A DNA stretch of 63,951 nucleotides, counting the filler, from Octopus bimaculoides (lineage: Eukaryota): assembly GCF_001194135.2 (NCBI RefSeq). It is 5 parts of 5 records of this genome, joined end to end, with 100 filler letters (N's around TTAATTAATTAA, not from the genome) between each part and the next. Parts side by side here need not be neighbours in the genome. Positions count along the whole stretch, not along the records: positions 42,221 to 62,382 come from NC_068985.1; positions 62,483 to 63,951 come from NW_026305519.1; 3 more parts are not named here. One strand, written 5' to 3'. The notes under the pieces were generated by a model, which worked only from the letters and a program-made list of their open reading frames with translations, was not told the origin of the DNA and searched no databases. Shown piece after piece: positions 53,751 to 63,951 of this stretch; positions within the stretch are counted from its first letter, which is position 1, and every line of letters starts with the position of its first letter. The position numbers and the translations under genes are program-made.

Positions 53751-53950
53751 ATTAGGAGACATTTTTAAGATAGGGCCTTGAACCCAATAACGACACTTCA
53801 TGCATTGAGTACATTTTAAATTTTTATTAAAATTGAACAATATTTTTCAAGCAGGGAATAATTTTCATTAAAATAATATAATTTGTTGACTTAAGATAAA
53901 CAATATTTTTGTCTTCCCATTCAGGGGTCAGTACAATTTTTTTCTGTCTA

Positions 53951-53996
<46 letters not shown>

Positions 53997-54810
53997 GTTG
54001 ATTGTTTTCAACCATCACCCTCACCACTATCATCGCCACCACATTCAGACTTCTGAGGCGACCACCATCAATACTTTTGACTTCGCCGCCTTCCCCTCCA
54101 CCACCATCACCACTGTTTTTCACATCGCTTACTATCACCGTCATCCCTGACTGACCACCACCACCATCACCACCGTTGCCTCCGCCTCTATCACAACTAC
54201 AGCTCATACTATTACTATCACCACCTACCCATTACCATCACAAGCGTCTCTATGCCTACTATTACTCTCACCCTATCACGAGGAATAGTGGAATTGTCAT
54301 TGAATACTGAGAGAGAGGGGGTCGAAGTGTGACACACTGACACACAGAAATTCATTTTGGCATTTATTATTATAGATTTATAAATCACAGACGATAAATT
54401 GTGTTGTGAAAATGCAGACGACGTCATTTAGGAAGGCGTAAATAATTTGTTTCACCACGTCCAAAATGCAACAAATCTAACGCCGGAAATTTTAATTCTC
54501 TTAGACTGACTTCTCCCTCCTCCAACTTCCTTCCACTGACACCTCCCGCGTCCAACTTCCTTAGATTGTCATGGAAAATACAGTTTAACAGTTGGCAGTG
54601 AAAGATTTATTTATATTTATTTATTTATTGCATTAGCAGTAACAAGAAGTCGTGGTGAGGAATAAACAAACTTTAGGTTAGTTGAAATATTATTCTATCA
54701 TATTTTATATTCTAAAAGGATGCTCACTGCAATTTCCCGTGAAGAAAAAGAAAATTCTCACTTATAGTAAGGGATAAATATATCGTTGTCAGATCAGTTA
54801 TACCCTCTTT

Positions 54811-55196
54811 GGGGTCCCTAGATTCATTTCTGGCTCGTTATCCTCCTTTGGTAGAGGATACCAAAGAGATGTGATCTTCAGTTGATTAGTAAACCGCCAT
54901 AGCTTTATAATAAATTAGTCAATACTAGTGACTGATTTGCATTCGTTGACCGCCCAATCTGAATAAATACTTAAATTTTAGTATGTAGCAATGATGGGAA
55001 ATAGATTTTAGGTGAGTTCAGATATGTTTGTGACATATTTTCACTTCTAAAGACAATTTCCCCGGAGTTTACTGCGCTAGAAATTTTCGCTTACAGTGAA
55101 GTGTAAATACATCATTTCTCCTCAGCAATACCTATCTTGGGCCCTTAGAACCCTACTAAAGAAAGCATAACGAGCCAGAAATGTATCTAGGGTCCC
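54811..55196. mobile_element. Non-autonomous DNA transposon with about 50 bp TIRs (GGG..CCC ends)
   Basis: GGGGTCCCTAGATTCATTTCTGGCTCGTTAT versus ATAACGAGCCAGAAATGTATCTAGGGTCCC. Confidence 0.75.
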
Positions 55197-55374
55197 AGTA
55201 GAGAACACCACTGAAACCTCAATGGTGTGTTTACATCATTTACAATAAGCGAGCATTTTTCTCTACAGTAAACTGCAGTGAAATTGCCTTCAAAATATAT
55301 TGCAAACATATTTGAACTAAGCCAAAATTTGTTTACAGCCATTTATTGTTTCTTCATTGCGCGTCTACATGGTC

Positions 55375-55770
55375 TTCTATAACTCTTTCATTCTTTTACT
55401 TGTTTCATTCATTTGACTGTGGCCATGCTGGAAATCGACCCCAGGACTTATTTTTTGTAAGCCTAATACTTATTCTATCGGCTACTTTTGCCGAACCGCT
55501 AGGTTACGGGGATGTAAACACACCACCATCGGTTGTCAAGCGATGTTGGGGGAACAAACACAGACACACAAACATATACACACGCGCACACACACATACA
55601 TATACATATATACGACGGGATTCTTTCAGTTTCTGTCTACCAAATCCACTCACAAGGCTTTTGTCGGCCAGAGGCTATAGTCGAAGACACTTGCCCAAGG
55701 TGTCACGTAGTGAGACTGAACCCGGAACCATGTGGTTGGTAAGCAAGCTACTTACCACATAGCCACTCCT
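55375..55770 (-). mobile_element. SINE family A, full length
   Basis: Reverse-complement match to 61266-61745. Confidence 0.9.
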
Positions 55771-55865
55771 ATGCCTTTACCGTAAGCTTGCAATATTAGC
55801 AGAGTACATGCTGTTACCATGCCATCCTCGATTGCGAACGAATGTTATAGCCATGTACATGTGTA

Positions 55866-55896
<31 letters not shown>

Positions 55897-57123
55897 TTAT
55901 TTAACTGTCTGTCTGTTTAATCTATCCACCTATGTAAATACATACGAAATGGCCTGGATTTGGACAATTAACCTTTTTACTTTGGAAATCCGATATATTT
56001 ACTCCAAATTTTATGTGAAAAGCAGTTTTATATATCAATCTATCTTTTGTTGAGTAATGCCGTGTTTAAAACTCATTTTTGTTGAGGTATGTCGAGTTTA
56101 CTGAAGCACAAAACTTGCAAAGAATTCCAATTCCATTTTTCATTTTTGCTTTATAGGTATTTAACATCATTACCGGAATTACCATGAAATCTATTTAGGC
56201 AGTTAACAGGTTAAATAAAAGGCCGCATACCGATCGTCGTTCACAAAGAATTCTGAAATTATTGCGATTTCAGTCTCAGTTGGCGACAGAAATCAAAAAG
56301 GTAGTGACAAGTAAAGTGAAAATAATTTCAAGAAATATAAATTAACTGAAAACATTTCGTTTTAATTTCTTCAAATCATCTTTTCTCCCACTTTAGAGTC
56401 ATTAATTATTGCTTTAAGCTAACGAATAAGTTTGTGTTAACCTAAGGGTGATACGAGATTTTTAAAAAATAATAATGTTTTTTAAAGCAAAAACATTACA
56501 GCATAATATTTTGATAAATAGTCAGTGTTATAAGCTAGGATTAGAACTTTAGAGAACATTTTTATCAAGATTCGACAGTTTAGAAGACTGAAAAGAAAAA
56601 AACTAGCATTAACCGAGTATGATTTTAAAAACTGGAAAATATCAAGTGTTGTTCAGACCTGCTTAAGTGCAGCAACATGATGGATATGTGCTCAGCTTAA
56701 ATGGTAGTATTTTATGCTACCTAAATAGGCTTCCTGTAATTCCTTGTTCGAAGTAAATGGAAATTTTGTAAGCCATGCTGTTAAAGGCGTGATTAAAAAT
56801 AAATCCAATCATTTACGAAGTAAACATTAATGAAATAAAGCGGAAAGATGTTGAAGTGAGCCATCTTTTGTTTTCCTATATTTACAATAAATTTTCTTCC
56901 GCCTTAATAACATAATTTGCCGATATCAGCATATTTTTATTATTAAGCTAAATTGGCATGAATTACGGTCTATATGTAAATTCGTATATAGAGAGGCATG
57001 AATAACTTGATCGGCAGCTAGAAATGAGAAATAAATAAATGTTTTTTATTCTCTCAACCATAATTTTATTTTATATATACAAATATAAAGTATAAGCATT
57101 TCCCTCTCTCTTGTTATGAATGT

Positions 57124-57162
<39 letters not shown>

Positions 57163-58049
57163 AAGAGAAAGAAAGAGAAATAAAGAGAAAGAGAGAGATA
57201 CATCCATACATACATACATGGATGCATACAGACATATACATAAGTGCACGTAACAGCCCTTCGAGCGAGGTCGCGCGAGCGGCTATAAATAGCAGCCAAA
57301 TTTCAGTTGTATCACATTGTACTGTCTCAAGAAAATAAGAACATATTCTTATAAAATAGCCATTCGCAGCATTACCGCTCCAAGCATGCATATATTCATA
57401 TTTCTGTCTATCTTTCTCAAAGGATAAGAATAAAACAGAGGCTAATGTAATCAGCTTTCTTTTTCTATATTTGAATATGTCATGAATGCTGGTGTGAGGC
57501 TGTTTTAGTCGTAGCTTCGAATGATTTGGTCGGCACAGCGCCATTTTAAAAAATCTATACCGTATGCATTATTTCCGATATATTTAAAATATTTAGACAG
57601 ATATTTTTTGTTTCCATAAATACTAAATATTTCTTGATAGCCTTTTAAAATTGTAATTGTGTTCTTTTTTTTCTTATTACCCATTAGCAGCTCTACTTCG
57701 GTATCGCAATAACGTGTTGCTGTTTATAACTGTAATTGTGTAAATCCATGGCATTTAACTCGTGACCAGCTTGTGTTCAGTTTTGTTTTCTAATATGGAG
57801 TATCTTAGACGACATTATTTAATATGTCCTTCCCGTCAAGAAGATGGAATATATTTTGAAACAGATTTTGCCTCTGAGTGTCTTCGTAGTTGTTTATTCC
57901 GTGGCATGGTGAAAAAGATGTTGGATGAACCTCGTTTAATTAGTGTTCGAGTTGAGCTGATCAATTCTTATTAAAAGAGTTTGCTGATTAAAAAAAAAAG
58001 ACACAGTGCACAAAAAAAAAAACGAATGAGTAATATTTCATTGCATACT

Positions 58050-58260
58050 AAGGCGGCGAGGTGGCAGGAGCATTACCGCGCCGGACCAAAGGCTTAGCGG
58101 CATTTCTTCCGACTTTGCGTTCTTACTTCATATGCTGCCGGGGTCGATTTTACTTTTCATCATTTCGGGATCAATAAGATTAGTACAAGTTATTGTCTGA
58201 GGTCGATATAATTAACTATAGCAAACATGCTGTCCTGCCAAAATTTGAAACCAACGTTTT
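58050..58260 (+). mobile_element. SINE family B, diverged
   Basis: GGCGGCGAGGTGGCAGGAGCATTA..GGGGTCGATTTTACTTTTCATC. Confidence 0.75.
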
Positions 58261-58659
58261 GTCGAATTCTGAGATTGATTTAACAGTCATGTTAAACATA
58301 TGGAAGCGTCTACGTATATATTCATTCTAGACTTTAGAATATGTTGTTGTGGAATCGAGTTTCGATATCATTAAAGAAACCAATTTCAAAATATTAAATA
58401 TTTAACAGGAATTTATTTTAATTTCACAAGTGTTGGTAGAATATCTTCTGGAAAATTGAAATTCTTGGCGATTCAAAAAGCACAATACCTTTTTGTTTGT
58501 CATCCAATGTCCCAGGATCTGTCCCCTTTCTCCCACTAATTTTTTAGTTTTACCACATTCCATTTCTCTTTTATGCTTTTACGCTATTCTCTATGAAAGG
58601 AACAAGAATAACACATGTCTTAATGAAATATCTTTCAACAACACCGTTCCACTGAAGTG

Positions 58660-59015
58660 CAGGAGTAGCTGAGTGGTTAAGAAGCTTGCTTCTCAACCAC
58701 AGGGTTCCGAGTTCAATCCCACAACGAGGCACCTTCGGCAAGTGTCTTCTACTATAGCCTCAGGCCGACCAAAGCCTAGTGAGTGGATTTGGTTAAACAG
58801 AAACTGAAAGAAGCCCATTGTATGTATGTATGTATGTATGTATGTATGTGTAAACAAACAATATGAGAGACCACTATGTGGATCCCTTGTATGCTAAATA
58901 TAGATGCCAAACCGTCTTACCACTAAATCTAACTTCTCAACTTAGTAACACGCTAGAGGTTTACGAGCGAGACGAATGAAAAGAAATAAACATAGCAAAT
59001 GAGAAAGAGAGAGAG

Positions 59016-59099
<84 letters not shown>

Positions 59100-59395
59100 G
59101 TGTGTATGTATGCATGTGTGTGTGTGTGTGTGTGCGTGTTTGTGTTTGTGTATCTGTGTGCTTGTGTGTACGTGTGTGTGTATCTGTGTGTATCTGTGTG
59201 TCAACCACCGCTTGATAAATGGTGTTGGCGTCATTACGTCTCCACAACTTAGCGTTTCGGCAAAAATGAGCGATAGAATAAGTATCATGCTTTAAAAGAA
59301 TAAATACTAGGGTCGTCTCACACAACTTAAAATTCTTCAGGGCGGTGCTCCAGCACGGTTGCCACCTAGTGACTGCAACAAGTCAAAGACAAAAG
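58660..59395 (+). mobile_element. SINE family A split by about 300 bp of unique and microsatellite sequence (or two partial copies)
   Basis: Head 58660-58850, tail 59150-59395. Confidence 0.7.
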
Positions 59396-59664
59396 ACAGA
59401 CCATGACAATCAGTCGGCATTGTGTTCTTTTTCCGTTCTTTCAAAGAATCCTTGCAAAACTATTTATTTTTTTAAGAAAACTTTGTCTCGGAAATAATTG
59501 AGCCGTGTGTCCTGCAGCAATTCTTTAAAAATTTCTAACGAGAATAGATTTGGAAGCAAGAGTTTTAACAAAGATAAGTATTTTTTGCGGATGAAAACAA
59601 CCGATTCTATTCAGGAAAGTTGATGCCTAATGTGGTATTTCATGGTTTATTTATTTGTAGTGTG

Positions 59665-60030
59665 TTTTTTTTAATCTTTTACTTGTTTCAGCTTTTAGAC
59701 TGCGACCAGGAAGAGTTTTTAGTCCAAGGAATCGACCCCAGTACATTTTTTAAAGCCTGGTACTTATTCTATCGGTCTATTTTCCTGAATTGTTGGCTTA
59801 CAGGGACACCGGTTGCCAAGCGGTATGGTGGACAAGCATAAACACACACACACACACATGCACACACATATATACGACAGGCTTCTTTCAGCTTCCTTCT
59901 ACCGGATCGACTCACACAGCTTTGGTTATACTTTGGTTATACTCCAGGTTATACTTGAAGACACTTACCGAAGGTACCCTGCAGTGGACTGAATCCAGAG
60001 GCTCTGAAATAAGCTTCTTTACCCCGCAGC
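59665..60030 (-). mobile_element. SINE family A, diverged
   Basis: Degenerate reverse-complement match to family A. Confidence 0.65.
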
Positions 60031-60207
60031 TACGCCTACACCTAGTTTATATGGAATGTTTTCATACTAAATATTAGTTCCACAGAGTCGCTATAGACTG
60101 ACACGTAGGAACTATACGGTTATTCTAAGTGATATGTTTGGTTTAGTGCTAAGAGGGAAGAATTTTCCTGCAGCAGTTTGGTACTACAACATTGTACAGT
60201 TCTATAT

Positions 60208-60386
60208 TTAAGAGATGAGGAATTATGTACATTATTTACATAATTTACATTTGACGGGTATTTATCCTCATCTTGTTTGTTGCTAACACAACGTTTCGGC
60301 TGTTATACCCTCCAGCCTTCATCAGGTGTCTTGGGGAAATTTCGTTCCTAAGGTATTTTTCGATGTTATTATCATCATTATTATTA

Positions 60387-60435
<49 letters not shown>

Positions 60436-60504
60436 AGTCACTGCCTGGAATCGAACTCGGAATCTTAGAATCCCGCGCACTTAACCACTACGCCATATGC
60501 CCGT
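60208..60504 (-). mobile_element. tRNA-head + (TAA)n + hammerhead-tail SINE, best-preserved copy
   Basis: Head GGCGTAGTGGTTAAGTGCGCG..GAGTTCGATTCCAGGCAGTGAC (60434-60500); (TAA)n; tail shared with 37951-38110. Confidence 0.9.
60285..60330 (-). ncRNA. Minimal type I hammerhead ribozyme, intact
   Basis: GACAC-CTGATGA-A-GGCTG-GAGGGTATAA-CAGCC-GAAA-CGTT-GTGTT: stem I GACAC/GTGTT, stem II 5 bp, palindromic AACGTT stem III. Confidence 0.85.
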
Positions 60505-61265
60505 ACTTGATGTGTAGCTGATGTGAACCCATCAACTTGTTTTCTACAACAGAAGAAAATGATTTCCTTTGGCATTCGATTTAGGTTTCCTTATTAAGGA
60601 CTAACAACAATAAAGTCACAATTGGAAACAGGATGTATTCATCAGTAGCAAATATTTGTTATTATCGATTAACTACGTAAAATCTAGCAGAGCCGAAGTT
60701 ACATCTTGTCGTATTAAACCCTCGGACTCAACAGATAGACAGCACTGTGAAGATGAATACATTGACCAATATTATAACTGGAAAATAGCTGATTTCAAAA
60801 TTATAACCGAGAAATGCAATCAAAACAAAGGGAAGGACAGTGGCCACAAGCATTCAGTAAATGTTTTTTATAGCTACTGATTGTATTCATGAAGAAAGCT
60901 TTCAAACTGTTTGCTAGACACAATGTGTTATAGAATATGTCAAACCAGACGATATGACGTTTTGTTAGCTAAATAACATATAGATCGCTTTCTCTTTCAG
61001 GTACATTCTCATACTCATGTAAAACAACGTTATGATTTGTGAGAAAGACAATTCGATATATTTATCTTTGTTATTTGTATTTTCCATGAATTTACAGCAA
61101 CCTTACAACGTTTATCCTGTTTCTCTTCCGTATTATTTTGCTGCGGCTGTGAGTAGTTGCTTTAGGCGGATAATTAGTTCTGCAAAAGTAAATATTTCAA
61201 GTTGGTAAAATTCATTTCTGGTCTGATGTGGAACCATTTTCAAGAATATATAAAATCATTTTATA

Positions 61266-61521
61266 TAGGCGCAGGAGTGGCTGTGTGATAAGTAGTTTGC
61301 TTACCAGCCACATGGTTCCAGGTTCAGTCCCACTGCGAGGCACCTTGGGCAAGTGTCTTCTGCTATAGCCGCGGGCCGACTAAAGCCATGTGAGTGGATT
61401 TGGTGGATGGAAACTGAAAGAAGCCCGTCGTATATATATATATATATATACATGTGTGTGTGTGTTTGTGTGTGTATGTTTGTGTGTGTGTGTGTGTGCG
61501 TGTGTGTGTATGTGTGTGTGT

Positions 61522-61558
<37 letters not shown>

Positions 61559-61745
61559 TCCCGCAACATCCCTTGACAACCGATACTGGTGTATTTACGT
61601 CCCCGTAACTTAGCAGTTCGGCAAAAAAGACGGATAGAATAATGAGTACTAGGCTTACAAATGATAAGTCCTGGGGTCGATTTGCTCGACTGAAGGCGGT
61701 GCTCCAGCATGGCTGCAATCAAATGACTGAAACAAGTAAAAGAAA
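61266..61745 (+). mobile_element. SINE family A, full-length reference copy
   Basis: GGCGCAGGAGTGGCTGTGTGATAAG (A box), GGTTCAGTCCC (B box), central (TA)/(GT)n, conserved 3' half. Confidence 0.92.
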
Positions 61746-62318
61746 TCCGTAGAAACAGCCAAAGGAAACCCATAGCCTTCTTCCCATTAAAATTTTGTCT
61801 ACACTGAGTGATTGCTCCTTAGTCTTTAAGCTTCTACCTGGCAGTACGTTTGTTTCCGTCAATAAGAGTATAACTTTATGACAGTTTTACTATTTCCAGG
61901 TATCGAACCGAACATACTGAAGAATATTCTGACCAAGGAAAGCAGCCATTAACTTCTGTCAACCCCGGTTCTCAACCAAATGTATATACCGTGTATAGCT
62001 GTAATTACACAGAGATGTCATACGAATGACAATGAAGGAACTGTATGTCGCTGAACCTAAGTTTTCTTGTCGATGTAGGTGAACAAAAATGGAGTCTTTA
62101 TGATGTCCATCGCTTTACTAGAAACGGAGATCAAATATCCATCAATCACACCCTTTCATCTTTAATAAAAAGAGACACTGACCATCGCAGGCCCTGATAT
62201 ACGAAAGGTTAACGGATGGGGATACCTTTGCACACAAGACCGGCTCTGAAAAATTCGATTTAAATTATTGTATATAAAAACTACTACTACTACCACAACA
62301 ATAACAATTTCATCTCTA

Positions 62319-62382
<64 letters not shown>

Positions 62383-62482
62383 NNNNNNNNNNNNNNNNNN
62401 NNNNNNNNNNNNNNNNNNNNNNNNNNTTAATTAATTAANNNNNNNNNNNNNNNNNNNNNNNNNNNNNNNNNNNNNNNNNNNN

Positions 62483-63780
62483 TCGCTCTATTACCAAAAC
62501 TTACACAACCATAACTATGCTAGCGCTAACACCCGGCCCATGCATACACCCAACACTGACATTAATACGCGTTCTTCTAACACTAACGCTCGTACACTCG
62601 AACAAAACCACAGTGGATCCCAACCCACTAATATTCTTGATAATAACAATACCAATAATAATAATGATAGGACAAATAACTATAACAATAATTCCATTGA
62701 TCTAGATTCTTCTACATCCCCTAATAACATATCCTCCAATAGTAATACCTCACCCACCAATGGACACAACCCTCAAGTCTCATATACTTCTAACTGTCGC
62801 TCCGGGACAATCTGCCCGCTTCAAACGCACTGCGTAAGATACAACGTAATATATAAATGCACCGTAAGAAATCTATTACATAACTCTACAGCTACATACA
62901 TAGGTGCAACTAAAAACTTCAAACATCGCTACGCAGCCCATTTGCACTCTTTTAGATATGACAAACACAGTAAATCTACAACATTAGCCAACCACATTCA
63001 TCACCTCAAAAGCAGAAATAACCCAGTATACTTTAAAATGGTCCATCTTAGATTCCGGAACTCCATACCAGCGCCAGCGCTCCAACTGCAAGTTTTGCTT
63101 AAAGGAGGCGTTCCATATTTTAAAATACAACTCTCTCACTCTACTTAATCGATATAATGAAGCATTTAGTACCTGCAATCACCGTTTTTTCCATACATTT
63201 AAATTTTATCACAGACAAAAATGCACAAATGATGACACAACATAATCACACTGCTCCCTATAGGCAACCTATTCGACCTAGCAAAATCATCCCTCTTATA
63301 CCATCTTTTGAATAGATTCATTTCTTTTTTGATCCTATCAGTACTTAATACATCTTCCCAAATTTACTTCCTCTACACTTACTTGGCAATAACACCACCA
63401 CCACATACAGGCTACTTGGTAACTTTTGATCCCACTTCCACCATCTGTAAATTAAGTTTAGCTCTATTTTTTAGAATATGGTACTACTAATTCTTTCTCT
63501 CTCTCCTTCCTACTTTAATACTGTCTTTGGACTGTCACCCATACCCTCACCACTTATAGTCTACCCCTCCATACTACCTCTGCGCATTCCTTCTTCCTCA
63601 CTAAACCTTTACCCTCACCCCCCTTCCTCCTTCCCTCACAATACTCATTCTCTCTGTCCAGTTAGATTAACTGACCACAAAAAATACCACTACCATCCCC
63701 CACCTGAATCATTCCTCTATCCCCTTCCCCTTCTGTCTTTAAGACTTGACCTATTTACCCTACACACATCTCTCACTTGA
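62483..63780 (+). mobile_element. Penelope-like element C-terminal GIY-YIG region and pyrimidine-rich 3' region
   Basis: CPLQTHCVRYNVIYKCTV..TYIGATKNFKHRYAAHLHSFRYDKHSKSTTLANHIHHLK; frameshifted C-terminus (..FHILKY..LLNRYNEAFSTCNHRF). Confidence 0.85.
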
Positions 63781-63951
63781 TTTGAGACATCCTTCAAGTA
63801 AACACAAGCAATATACCTCGGACACGATATGGCATATATCCACCTCTGCTATTTCAGCCTTTGCTGCAGCAACTATCTCTGGAAAATTCCCACAAGGATT
63901 AATTTACACGGATACTTACTACTGGAATGAAGCTACACTCCAAGTACTGTT

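Noticed and set aside
61815-61880. Minus-strand YTLIDGNKRTAR resembling a Fic motif
   Set aside because: Lacks HPF, is flanked by stops and has no supporting domain context; likely chance
63780-63951. Possible start of a tandem Penelope ORF (..PQGLIY..)
   Set aside because: Too short and frameshifted at the window edge to support

Overview
AT-rich, microsatellite-saturated eukaryotic scaffold with many N gaps, four of them carrying a TTAATTAATTAA assembly spacer. The repeat families point to an octopod cephalopod genome (inference). There is no intact multi-exon host gene, and almost all long ORFs in the supplied track are microsatellite or gap artefacts. Decayed mobile elements dominate the window: a co-oriented chain of R4/Dong-type RLE LINEs (13.5-20.9 kb), one with an in-frame deletion of its whole RT domain; three Penelope-like (GIY-YIG) relics; CR1/L2- and RTE-type LINE 3' ends; Tc1, mariner and Chapaev3-like transposon relics; many foldback/MITE elements; and at least four tRNA-derived SINE families. 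The most notable signal is a set of minimal type I hammerhead ribozyme motifs of the Penelope-associated dimerising kind. One sits in a tRNA-headed SINE (intact copy at 60.3 kb, decayed copy at 38.0 kb). Two form a divergent pair in a ~350 bp foldback at 44.5-44.8 kb with compensatory stem II changes. A degenerate one lies in a pLTR-like repeat at 40.2 kb. Also noted: a ~1.5 kb decayed, intronless, glycoprotein-like coding relic of unknown origin (10.4-11.9 kb) and two isolated candidate host exons.
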